Source of the DNA: an uncultured Gemmatimonadales bacterium
GTDB lineage: Bacteria; Gemmatimonadota; Gemmatimonadetes; Gemmatimonadales; Gemmatimonadaceae
DNA: 64,000 nucleotides
Direction: 5' to 3'
Assembly (NCBI GenBank): GCA_963851265.1
Contig: CAWKNZ010000008.1
Coordinates: 128,001 to 192,000 of the forward strand
The first letter of the stretch is position 1. Every line of letters begins with the position of its first letter. The notes beneath the pieces were generated by a model. It had not been told where the DNA came from, made no database searches, and saw nothing but the letters and a program-made list of their open reading frames with translations. This document shows, piece after piece, positions 1-11,081 of this stretch. The position numbers were made by a program, and so were the translations under genes.

Positions 1-194
1 CCCTCGAGCGTCACCCACCACCGCGCGTCGGCGCGCGCCGCGCCGCAAGGTCGGAACCAAATGTCGCCGGACCCACTCGTGTAGTGCCCGCGATACTCGC
101 GCGCGGGCAGCGCGGCCACGGACGGGCGACCATGTGTGCATCCGGCGAGAGCGAGAACCGCGGCAAGTGCGAACAGCGGGTGAGCGTCCCTCAT
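1..194 (-). CDS. Putative lipoprotein, integron cassette gene (runs off the window edge)
   Basis: Hand translation MRDAHPLFALAAVLALAGC-THGRPSVAALPAREYRGHYTSGSGDIWFRPCG...; signal peptide with LAGC lipobox; not in the ORF track because truncated. Confidence 0.6.
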   Translation of the reverse strand, partial: MRDAHPLFALAAVLALAGCTHGRPSVAALPAREYRGHYTSGSGDIWFRPCGAARADARWWVTLE

Positions 195-218
195 GGGCGT
201 GTGGGCGAGGAGATTGGG

Positions 219-333
219 GGCGAACCGGCCGCGGCGCCGACCGGCCTGCTACGGGGCCGCAGCGCGCCGAGTGTTGACCGGGCCAAGAGCGACTGTGCAC
301 ACCGGTCAGCTTCAACGATTCGTTCGGTGACAC
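219..333 (-). mobile_element. attC-like site (degenerate right half)
   Basis: Minus strand R'' ACCGAAC (328-322), 5-nt spacer, L'' GTTGAAGC (316-309); candidate R' GTTCGCC at 225-219; no clear L' box. Confidence 0.55.
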
Positions 334-357
334 GCGCGGCGGCGGTCGCCCGCGCGT

Positions 358-750
358 TCAGGGCCTGCGACGCCACGCATCGAGCTTCTCCTCGCCGTCC
401 GGATCGCGCGGAGCCGTCCCCTGCGTCTTGGCCGCACGGCTGAGTTCCGCGCAAAACCCCACGCGTCGCCCGAACCCCACGTCGCCAGCGCCCGCGCTGA
501 CACCGGCCGGCCACCCGCCGGCAGGTGCCACTACGGAGACAAATTCTACCCCCTCGTACGCGCGAGCGAACCGGTCCACGACCGTGTCGACCGGGAGCGG
601 AGAGCGGTACACCGTCTACCACCAGTAGTCCTCGCTCGCGACGATCGCCGCGGGGCCGGGTGTCGGCACCGTCCGCGCGGGGGCACGGCAAGCCGCGGCC
701 ATGCCGGATACTGCGGCCAGCGCAGCACGCCCAACGAATCGGCACGGCAT
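358..750 (-). pseudogene. Cassette-borne lipoprotein-like gene with in-frame TAG
   Basis: MPCRFVGRAALAAVSGMAAAC-RAPART...EDYWW*TVYRSPLPVDTVVDRFARAY...; lipobox-like AAAC; the frame continues past the stop near 616-618 into ORF 358..612. Confidence 0.4.
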
Positions 751-781
751 GAGGATCGGGTTCGGACCGCGATTGGGTGTC

Positions 782-901
782 ACCGAAGGCCCCAGCTCAG
801 CTGCGGCGTCGTCCGAGCGCGACGCGGGTTGCGGGTGAGAGTGGCTGCGGAGGCGTCGGAGGGTCCCGGCGCACGCCGACCGCTGCAGCGCAACGTTAGG
901 C
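782..901 (-). mobile_element. attC recombination site
   Basis: Minus strand R'' GCCTAAC (901-895), 5 nt, L'' GCTGCAGC (889-882) ... L' GCTGAGC (801-795), 6 nt, R' cTTCGGT; lies directly after the hicB stop. Confidence 0.7.
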
Positions 902-916
902 GTCGGCTCGCCGGGC

Positions 917-1132
917 CTACGCCGCCACGTCCACGTACGCCGCCGCCGCGCTCGGGCGCGGGACGGGTTGTCCGTCCTCCCGCAGCCCGTCCAGGTGGAA
1001 CGCGATCGCCTCGCGCATCTCGCGCTCGACGTCCGCGCGCGAGCGACCCGTCGCCACGCACCCGGCCACGTCGGGCGAGTACGCCGAGAAGCCGGTCGCG
1101 GTCGGCTCGACGATGATCAGGTACCGGCTCAT
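917..1132 (-). CDS. hicB: HicB-family antitoxin
   Basis: MSRYLIIVEPTATGFSAYSPDVAGCVATGRSRADVEREMREAIAFHLDGL: typical HicB N-terminal domain; ATGA overlap with hicA. Confidence 0.9.
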   Translation of the reverse strand: MSRYLIIVEPTATGFSAYSPDVAGCVATGRSRADVEREMREAIAFHLDGLREDGQPVPRPSAAAAYVDVAA

Positions 1133-1335
1133 GGGTCCTCCGGGCCGGGCTCCTTCAGGCCGGCCTGCTTCAGGATGCTGTTGAGGGTGCCGGGCGCGAG
1201 GTCGTCGCCACCCGCCCCGGCCACCGTGACGAGCCCCGCCTTGCTCGGGTGCTTCTACTGGGCGTGGCTGCCCCGGGTCCGGGCGAGGTACCAGCCGTCG
1301 TCGGCCAGCAAGCGGAGCACGTCGCGCACCTCCAC
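1129..1335 (-). pseudogene. hicA: HicA-family toxin with a nonsense codon
   Basis: VEVRDVLRLLADDGWYLARTRGSHAQ*KHPSKAGLVTVAG...DLAPGTLNSILKQAGLK; GSH motif; TAG at 1255-1257 where Tyr/Phe is usual. Confidence 0.85.
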
Positions 1336-1442
1336 CGCCGAACGATGCCCCGGCGCCGGGCCGCGCGCAACAGCCCCGCCCGCCACTCCCCACAGCGCGC
1401 CGAGCGCGGGGAACGCAGGCTGCCGACGCGGTGACGATCGGA

Positions 1443-1500
1443 GACGCCTAACGCCGACCAAACAGGTCCGCGTACCAGCGCCAGCCCGGCGCGGCAGTCT
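1443..1500 (-). mobile_element. attI-like region / first cassette crossover core GTTAGGC
   Basis: GTTAGGCGTC (1452-1443) is complementary to GACGCCTAAC of the attC closing the hicAB cassette; lies between the intI remnant and the first cassette. Confidence 0.45.
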
Positions 1501-1728
1501 GCCTATCGTGCGCCGGCGCGAGTGTAACACCCGCCCTCCCGGGCAACCAGCACCCGGCGAAACCATTGCAGCATCCTCCCATCGCCGGCCACCGTCAGTG
1601 CCCACCGGGCGGGGCCGGACTGGAAAGCGCAGCCCCGCACATCGCGCGCCCGCCACGGCCGGCCACACCGCCGAGCCGACCGGCCCGAGTGGGCACTTCC
1701 GAGTGGGCCGGCAGATCGCTCGGGCTGA

Positions 1729-1884
1729 TCACGCCGCGCCCTCCCGGTTCAGCAGGTGCGTGTAGCTCATCGTCGTCCGCACGACCCGGTGCCAGAGCAG
1801 CGCCCGCACGGTCCGGATCTCGTTACCAACCTTCATCGCGTGCGTGAGGAACGAGTGCCGGAGCGCGTGGCGAGTGCGGCGCAT
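1729..1884 (-). pseudogene. intI: C-terminal remnant of an integron integrase (tyrosine recombinase)
   Basis: [43 protein letters not shown] matches the IntI C-terminus (HTLRHSFATHLL..GYDIRTVQELLGH.DV.TTMIYTHVLNR); the rest of the gene is missing. Confidence 0.75.
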
Positions 1885-2058
1885 CGAGCGCGACTTGGGA
1901 GCGGAACAGGAGACCGGCCCGTTGGGGGCACGCCTAACAGATCCGCGTGACGCGGGCGCGGCGGCCCCGGCGGGCCGCGGGGCGCCGGCCCTGGCACTCT
2001 CGGCGCGATGCTCTACCCTTCCTGAAGTACGGCCACCTCCCCCGTTTTCCCCCGCCGC

Positions 2059-4785
<2,727 letters not shown>

Positions 4786-4873
4786 GCGCGGGAACGGCGG
4801 GGCAGACCTTCACAGGCCGGTCCCGCCCCCCCGGCCGGGCGGCGATCCCGGAACGCTCAGCGCACGAGCACCG

Positions 4874-5221
4874 CTACCACTTCGCGGCGGGGTTGTCGTC
4901 GACCCACTGCGAGTCGCCCTGCCCCGGGATCCACCCCGCGCCGCCCGCGACCGTCTCGAGCGCGGCGTCGTCCAGCTCGCCGTCCGTGCTCGCCGCCGGG
5001 CGCGCCGCCATCGGCAGCACGATCAGCGCGTCGGTATCGGCCCCGCGCTCGACGAACTTGATGCGGAAGCTGGTCGGGATCTCGACCCCGAACGTGTCGC
5101 GGATGGCCGCGTGCGGCGCGGCGAGAAGCCACTGGCGGAACTGCGCGTCGGTGGTGGCCCGGTCGAGCACCTGCTGCAGGCGCGGGTCGCGGGCGGGCTG
5201 GGCGTCGAAGGACTGGCTCAT
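4874..5221 (-). CDS. NHLP-leader RiPP precursor (core AGWIPGQGDSQWVDDNPAAKW)
   Basis: RATTDAQFRQWLLAAP...IKFVE...LIVLP...ELDDAALETVAGG nitrile-hydratase-like leader with GG cleavage site. Confidence 0.88.
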   Translation of the reverse strand: MSQSFDAQPARDPRLQQVLDRATTDAQFRQWLLAAPHAAIRDTFGVEIPTSFRIKFVERGADTDALIVLPMAARPAASTDGELDDAALETVAGGAGWIPGQGDSQWVDDNPAAKW

Positions 5222-5335
5222 GGTCGAACCTCTCGGGGACGAGGGGTGGTGGACGCGGCGGCGGTCGCCGCCGCGGGGAACACGGAGCCCGGTGCGGCTC
5301 CCGTGGTAGGCACGGACGGTCAGGTCGTTAGGCGG

Positions 5336-6568
5336 TCAGCCCGGGTGCAGCCCGGCGCGAGCCAGCTCGCGCCGGGCCGCGGCGTGCGCGGCGAGCAGGC
5401 GCCGCGGCGCGTCGACGGTGGTGAGCAGTTCGACGGGCGTGCGCGCGAGCGCGACGAGCACGTCGAGGCCGTCGCGCATCGGGTCGGCGGCGCGCGGGCG
5501 GGCGCGGTCGTACGCCTCGATCGCGCCCGCCGCGCGCGCGGCGGCGCGCGCCAGCACGGCGAACGCCGCGTCGGAGAGCGGCGGGGCACCGCGGTACGTG
5601 TGCAGCCGGCCGTCGGGGCGCACCGCGTCGCCTTCGAGCCCGAAGAAGCGGAGCGCCCACCCGGCGCGGTACGGCGCGCGCGCGCGCCCGTCGCCGGCGG
5701 TCATGCCGAGGTAGTCGGCGATGAGCTCGTCGTGGAGCGCGTTGCGCATCGTGCCGAACAGGCGCTTCGTCGCGTAGTGCGCACATTCGTGCTCCAACCG
5801 GATGCGCAGCGACCGGGACCGCCAGGCCGCGTCGTCGAGCCCGAACGCCGCCGCCGCGACGCCGCTGTACGGGCCGTCGCTCAGCAGGACGAAGCGGTCC
5901 TGGTACCGCTCGCGCTCGGCCACGAGCGCGGCGAACGCCGCGCGCCACCCCGCCTCGTCGTCGGCGCCGCGGGCCGCGGCCCAACGGCGTCGCTCCTCGC
6001 GCACGCGGCCCCAGTTGTTGTAGCCGGCGACCATGCACGCGCCCATCGCGGGCGCGATGACGTCGGGCTCGTTGCGGCGCGTGAGCGACCGGACGAGCCG
6101 TTCGAAGTCGGCGCGGGCGCCGGCGACCACGACGGGGAGCGGGCCGACCACGGTCTGGTGCACGAACAGGTGCACGCGCGCGGAGTCCGCGAACGCGGGC
6201 GCACGGTCGGGCGCGGGCGCGGCGCTTTCGTCACCGCGCCGCGTGGCCGCCAGGTACGCGGCACCCTCGCTCGCCCCCGCGGCGACCGGGAACCGCAGCT
6301 GCACCAGGTGGCGCGTGAGGCACGCGGCCGCGCCAGTCGCGTCTGCCTCGGCCGCGTACCCGGCCCACACCGCGGCCGAGGGTTCCGCGGCCAGCGGTAG
6401 CGCGGGCAGCGGCGCCGTGCCGAGCGGGCTGTTGTTGTAGGCGAGCAGCTCGGCGACGGTCGCGTCGTCGGCGCCGAGCGCCGCGAGGGCCGCGGCGCGC
6501 GCCGGCGTGTCGTCCGGCGCGGGCCTCCGCGCGGACGGGGTCGCGGTGGCCCCGGTGACGATCGGCAC
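5336..6568 (-). CDS. Uncharacterised HExxH-motif protein in the NHLM operon
   Basis: IRLEHECAHY...MRNALHDELIADYLG; starts 1 nt after the upstream stop, so probably co-transcribed. Confidence 0.7.
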   Translation of the reverse strand: MPIVTGATATPSARRPAPDDTPARAAALAALGADDATVAELLAYNNSPLGTAPLPALPLAAEPSAAVWAGYAAEADATGAAACLTRHLVQLRFPVAAGASEGAAYLAATRRGDESAAPAPDRAPAFADSARVHLFVHQTVVGPLPVVVAGARADFERLVRSLTRRNEPDVIAPAMGACMVAGYNNWGRVREERRRWAAARGADDEAGWRAAFAALVAERERYQDRFVLLSDGPYSGVAAAAFGLDDAAWRSRSLRIRLEHECAHYATKRLFGTMRNALHDELIADYLGMTAGDGRARAPYRAGWALRFFGLEGDAVRPDGRLHTYRGAPPLSDAAFAVLARAAARAAGAIEAYDRARPRAADPMRDGLDVLVALARTPVELLTTVDAPRRLLAAHAAARRELARAGLHPG

Positions 6569-6569
6569 G

Positions 6570-7811
6570 TCAGTGCGCCACGGCCACGGTGGTCACGCCC
6601 CGGCCGGGGCGCGACGCCGACAGGTACTCGAACTGCCCGTTGCGCACCTGCAGCCGCACGATCGGCTTCTCGACCGGGTCCCCGCTCGCGTCGAAGTGGA
6701 ACGACCCGGTCACGCCGGCGTAGTGCGTCGAATCGCGGAGCGCGCGGGCGACGTCGTTAGGCGCGGCAGAATGGGCGCGTCCCATCGCCGCGGCGAGCAC
6801 GTGCACCGCGTCGTAGCCGCTCGCGCTGAACATGTCGGGCTCCTGGCCGTAGCGCGCGCGGAACGCCGCGCTGAAGCGCTGGACTTCGGGGCGCGGGTCG
6901 TGCGGGTGGAACATCGACGCGACCACCGTCCCCTCGGCGGCGCGGCCGGCGACGCGCACGAGCGCGTCCGCGTGCATCGCGTCGCCGCCGAGGATGGGCG
7001 CGGTGATCCCCTGGCGGCGCGCCTCGGCGACGAGCGCCCCGGCCGCGGGCACCTCGCCCGCGACGAACAGCGCGTCGAGGTCGCGCGCCTTCCACTCCGA
7101 GAGCGTGCGCTCGAAAGCGCGCCCCGAGACCTCGTCGGTCGGGTCGTACGCCTCGCGCACCTCGACCCCCACGCCCAACGCCTGTGCGCGGTCCTCGAAG
7201 GCGTTGGCGAGGCCGCGCCCGTACGAGTTGCGGACGTAGTACACGCCGATGCGACGGTAGCCCCTCTCGGCCGCGTACTCGGCCATCTGCTTGCCCACCG
7301 CGTCCTGCGTGAACGTGCCGCGGAAGACGTGGTCGAGACCCTGCGACGTCAGCGCGGGGTCGGTGCTCACGGGCGCGAAGAGCAGGAGCCCGTTCTGGTC
7401 GTAGATCGGCGCGGCGGGGACGGTCACGTACGACTCGAGGTGGCCGATCACGGCGACCACGTTCGCGCTGTCGGCAAGGCGCTGTGCGACGAGGCGGCCC
7501 TCGTCGACGCTCTCGTGGTCGTCGACGCGGATCACGCGGAGCCGGCGGCCGCCGACGCCGCCGGCGCGGTTGACCTCGTCGACGGCGAGGTCGACGCCCG
7601 GGCCGTAGCGGAAGTCGGGGCGCTCGGCCCACGGCCAGACCGCCGCGACGACCACGTCCCCCCGGCCGCTGGACGCTCCCGCGATGCGACGCTCGGCCGG
7701 CGACTGGCGCTGGCACGCCGCGCCGGCGGCGAGCGCGGCGGCGGTGAAGAGTGCGGTCAGGGCGCGCAGGCGCGGGGCGGCGGCGCGGGCGGGCGTGGCG
7801 GGGTGGCGCAT
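6570..7811 (-). CDS. LivK-like (periplasmic binding protein type 1) substrate-binding lipoprotein
   Basis: Signal peptide with AAC lipobox; GVDLAVDEVNRAGGVGGR, VIGHLES, GYDAV, YAGVTGSFHFD. Confidence 0.85.
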   Translation of the reverse strand: MRHPATPARAAAPRLRALTALFTAAALAAGAACQRQSPAERRIAGASSGRGDVVVAAVWPWAERPDFRYGPGVDLAVDEVNRAGGVGGRRLRVIRVDDHESVDEGRLVAQRLADSANVVAVIGHLESYVTVPAAPIYDQNGLLLFAPVSTDPALTSQGLDHVFRGTFTQDAVGKQMAEYAAERGYRRIGVYYVRNSYGRGLANAFEDRAQALGVGVEVREAYDPTDEVSGRAFERTLSEWKARDLDALFVAGEVPAAGALVAEARRQGITAPILGGDAMHADALVRVAGRAAEGTVVASMFHPHDPRPEVQRFSAAFRARYGQEPDMFSASGYDAVHVLAAAMGRAHSAAPNDVARALRDSTHYAGVTGSFHFDASGDPVEKPIVRLQVRNGQFEYLSASRPGRGVTTVAVAH

Positions 7812-7859
7812 GGGGACGGGCCTCGGGTGGGCGGCTTGGGTGGTCGAAGCGGTCGGGCG

Positions 7860-10800
7860 TTAGGCGATCTGACGTCGGGCGAGCTCGGCGAAGAGGCCGG
7901 GCTGCGCCATGAGCTCGTCGTAGCGCCCCTGCTGGACGACGCGCCCGCGTTCGACGACCACGATCCGGTCGGCGTGTACGATGGTGCTCAGGCGGTGCGC
8001 GACGACGATGCGCGTCGCCTTGAGTCGGTCGAGGCTCTCGGTGACGACCGCCTGGGTCCGGTTGTCGAGCGCGCTCGTCGCCTCGTCGAAGAACATCAGA
8101 CGCGGGCGGTGGACGACGGCGCGGGCGATCATCAGGCGCTGGCGCTGGCCGCCGCTGAGGGTGCCGCCGCCCTCGCTCACCACGGTGTGCATGCCCATCG
8201 GCATCGCCTTCACGTCGGCGTCGAAGCCGGCCATGCGGGCCGCCTCCCACGCGTCGTCGAGCGAGGCGGGGGACGAGCCGGCGATGTTGGTGAAGATGTC
8301 GCCCGACATGAGCTGGCCGTTCTGGAGCACGACACCGATCTGGCGCCGCACCTCCTGCACGTCGAGCTGTTCCAGCTCCTGGCCGTCGTAGAGTACCGTG
8401 CCGGTCTCCGCGCGCTCGAAGCCGAGTAGAAGTCGCAGGATGGTACTTTTCCCCGACCCCGACGGGCCGACGAAGGCGACGAACTCGCCGGGCTCGATGC
8501 GCAGCGACACGTCGCGCAGCACCGGCGCGCCCTCCGGGTTGTAGCGGAAGTACAGGTTGCGCAGCTCGATCGCGCCGGCGAGCGGCCCGGGGTCGCTCTT
8601 GGCCTCGTCCACCTCCGGCGCGGTGGCGAGGATGGGGCGCGCCTGCTCGTACAGCGGGACCGTGGCGAGCGTTTGGAGCAGTGCGGTGCACATGCTCAGC
8701 AGCGCGCCCTGGCAGGCGGCGTACGCCGACAGGAAGGCGAGGAAGTCGCCGGTGGTGAGGCGCGGGCTCGAGGCGTCGCCGGCCTCGTTGGCACTGCCGA
8801 GCAGGCCTAACGCCGCCCAGAAGATCACCATGTTGGCGACCACCGGGAACGCGGACTGGATCGCCGACACGCCGCCCCCGACGCGCTCGGCGCGGAACTG
8901 CAGGCGGCGCTGCTCGCCGAAGCGGGTCGCCCAGCGCGTGAAGGCGCGCGCCTCAGCGCCCGCCACGCGCAGCTTGGTCACGCCCGTCAGCAGCTGCAGC
9001 ACGAGCCCCGACACGCGCGCCTGGACTTCGGCCACGCGGCGGTTCTGGCGCAGCTGCAGCCAGCTGCCGACGCTCGCGATGCCGACCGCGACGGCGATCA
9101 GCAGCGTGGCCCACCACGCCATGCGCGGGCTGTACGAGAACATCAGCGCGAAGTTGACGAGCGAGAACAGCCCGCCGAGGAGCGCCGTGACGGTCACGCC
9201 CGAGACCACCTGGCGGATGCCGTCGATGCCCATCGCGCGCACGGCGAGGTCGCCGGCCGAGTAGGGGCGGAAGAAGGGCATCGGGAGCGCGAGCAGCCGG
9301 TCCCACACCGCCGCCTGGACGGCGGCGCCCATCCGCCCCTCGACGCGCAGCAGGGCGACCGCGCGGGTGACGTTGAAGAGCGCGGTGGCGAGCGCGCAGA
9401 CGAGCAGCACGACGGCCAGTTGGACGAGCTGCGGGCGCTGGGCGCCCGGGATCACGGTGCTGAACAGCGCCCCCGTGGCCATCGGTGGGACCAGGCCGAG
9501 CAGGGCGCCCGCCGCGCCCACCGCGGTCACGAGCGCAAGGTCGCGCCCGCAGCCGCGCAGCCCGAAGCGCGCCACGTCGGTGATCGAGAGGGCCCGCGCC
9601 GGAAACGGTCGGTAGAACGTGTGCGCGAACGGCTCGAGCAGCGCGCCCTCGGCTAGACCGACCGGGTAACCGCGCCCGGTGAACGGGTCGTGCAGGGTGT
9701 AGCCCCGACCCCGTGCGGCCGGGATGAGCGCCACCGGGCGCGGGGTGGGCGCGTCGAGCAGCGGGTGGCGCGCGGGCGCGCTGCCGCCGGCGTCGCCGGC
9801 GCCCTCGGGCGCGGCCGCGGGGGCCGCAACGCGGGCGAGCAGCGGCCCGTGGTCGTGCGCCCACCACGCGTCGCGCAGCACCACCTGCCGGGTGCGCAGG
9901 CGCGAGGCGCGGGCGATCGCGGCGAGCGGGTCGCGGGGCGGCGCGATGCCATCGCCGCGCACGTACGGCCGCACGGTGACGCCGGCTGCCTCGCCCACGC
10001 GCTGGCACACCGCGAGCAGCGCGTCCTCGTAGCCCGCGACAGCGTGTTCGCCGGCGGCCGCGCGCAACGTGACCGCGAGCGTGGTCGCGTCGGCGCTGCC
10101 CACGCGGGGGTCGAGCGTGTCGGCGAGGCGGGCGCAGGCGCCCTGGAGCGCGCGCCGGTCGGCCGCTGCGCGGCGCGCGAGCCGCTCGTGGGCCGCGGCC
10201 GCGCCGCGCCCGACCGCCACCGCCGTGCCGCGCAGCACGAGCGCGTGCAGCCGCGCCACGCCCGCCCAGAGGGCGTCGGGGTCGTTGATCGCGAGCCCCT
10301 CGACGAGGAGGACCTCGCCGGGCTCGCGCGCCTCGAGCCACGCGCGGTGCGACACCGGCGTAAAGCCGACGCCGTTGACGGCCAGCTCGTCGACGCCTAA
10401 CAGGTGCGAGTGCCCCGCGAGGTGCCGCACCCAGGCCACCCCCGCGGTCGGCCGCGCGCTGGTGCCCGCGTCGAAGCGCGCCGGCGCGCCGTCCGGGGTG
10501 CAGCCGATCGCGCGGCAGTCGCGCGGCGCCGCGTGCCGCCCGTGGGCGCCGCCGCTCGCGCGGGCGAGCGCCTCGCCCAGGCCGGCGTAGAGCGCCTCGG
10601 CCCACCCCTCGACCGCGGCGACCACGTCGCGCGCGCCGTCGACGGTCTCGCCGTGTGCGCGTAGGGCGCCGAGCGGCACGCGCCGGAGCAGCGTACCCGA
10701 CGCGCCGACGGCCAGCAGGCCGCGCTCGGCGAGGTCGCGCTCGGCGAGGTCGCGCTCGGCGAGGTCGCGCTCGGCGGCGGCGGATGTGTTCGGCGCGTCG

Positions 10801-11081
10801 GCGTGCGGGTGCGCGTGCGGATGCGCGTGCGCGTCGTCCACGGCGAAGAGCACGGCGCCGGGTCCGGCGCGGAGGAGGTGCGCGCGGGCGCCGACGGGCT
10901 CGTGCGCCCGCAGCTCGACGGCGAACACGTCGACGGTGCCCTCGACCACCTGCCAGGCCTGGCCACCGGCGAGGAGGAACGGGGTGCCCGCGCCGACCGG
11001 CTGCGGCTCCCCGAGCCGGGCGAAGACGTCGAGCGCCGGCGCCAGCGTGTCGGGGATCGTCTCCATCGTGTCCATGGTCAC
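7860..11081 (-). CDS. NHLP/NHLM bacteriocin export ABC transporter, permease/ATPase subunit
   Basis: N-terminal WQVVEGTVDVFAV domain, WWAHDHGPLL, TM domain, GPSGSGKST, LSGGQRQRL, FDEATSALD; start GTG 11081 (GTGA overlap) or ATG 11075. Confidence 0.92.
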   Translation of the reverse strand: MTMDTMETIPDTLAPALDVFARLGEPQPVGAGTPFLLAGGQAWQVVEGTVDVFAVELRAHEPVGARAHLLRAGPGAVLFAVDDAHAHPHAHPHADAPNTSAAAERDLAERDLAERDLAERGLLAVGASGTLLRRVPLGALRAHGETVDGARDVVAAVEGWAEALYAGLGEALARASGGAHGRHAAPRDCRAIGCTPDGAPARFDAGTSARPTAGVAWVRHLAGHSHLLGVDELAVNGVGFTPVSHRAWLEAREPGEVLLVEGLAINDPDALWAGVARLHALVLRGTAVAVGRGAAAAHERLARRAAADRRALQGACARLADTLDPRVGSADATTLAVTLRAAAGEHAVAGYEDALLAVCQRVGEAAGVTVRPYVRGDGIAPPRDPLAAIARASRLRTRQVVLRDAWWAHDHGPLLARVAAPAAAPEGAGDAGGSAPARHPLLDAPTPRPVALIPAARGRGYTLHDPFTGRGYPVGLAEGALLEPFAHTFYRPFPARALSITDVARFGLRGCGRDLALVTAVGAAGALLGLVPPMATGALFSTVIPGAQRPQLVQLAVVLLVCALATALFNVTRAVALLRVEGRMGAAVQAAVWDRLLALPMPFFRPYSAGDLAVRAMGIDGIRQVVSGVTVTALLGGLFSLVNFALMFSYSPRMAWWATLLIAVAVGIASVGSWLQLRQNRRVAEVQARVSGLVLQLLTGVTKLRVAGAEARAFTRWATRFGEQRRLQFRAERVGGGVSAIQSAFPVVANMVIFWAALGLLGSANEAGDASSPRLTTGDFLAFLSAYAACQGALLSMCTALLQTLATVPLYEQARPILATAPEVDEAKSDPGPLAGAIELRNLYFRYNPEGAPVLRDVSLRIEPGEFVAFVGPSGSGKSTILRLLLGFERAETGTVLYDGQELEQLDVQEVRRQIGVVLQNGQLMSGDIFTNIAGSSPASLDDAWEAARMAGFDADVKAMPMGMHTVVSEGGGTLSGGQRQRLMIARAVVHRPRLMFFDEATSALDNRTQAVVTESLDRLKATRIVVAHRLSTIVHADRIVVVERGRVVQQGRYDELMAQPGLFAELARRQIA
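10721..10776. repeat. 15-bp in-frame tandem repeat (AERDL x3-4) in the ABC subunit
   Basis: cgcgctcggcgaggt repeated about 3.7 times. Confidence 0.85.

Noticed and set aside
358..1335. Amber (TAG) recoding suggested by in-frame TAGs in two neighbouring cassette genes
   Set aside because: TAG is the normal stop of intact genes here (xylA, xylB, fadR, hicB); decay of a dead integron is the simpler explanation.
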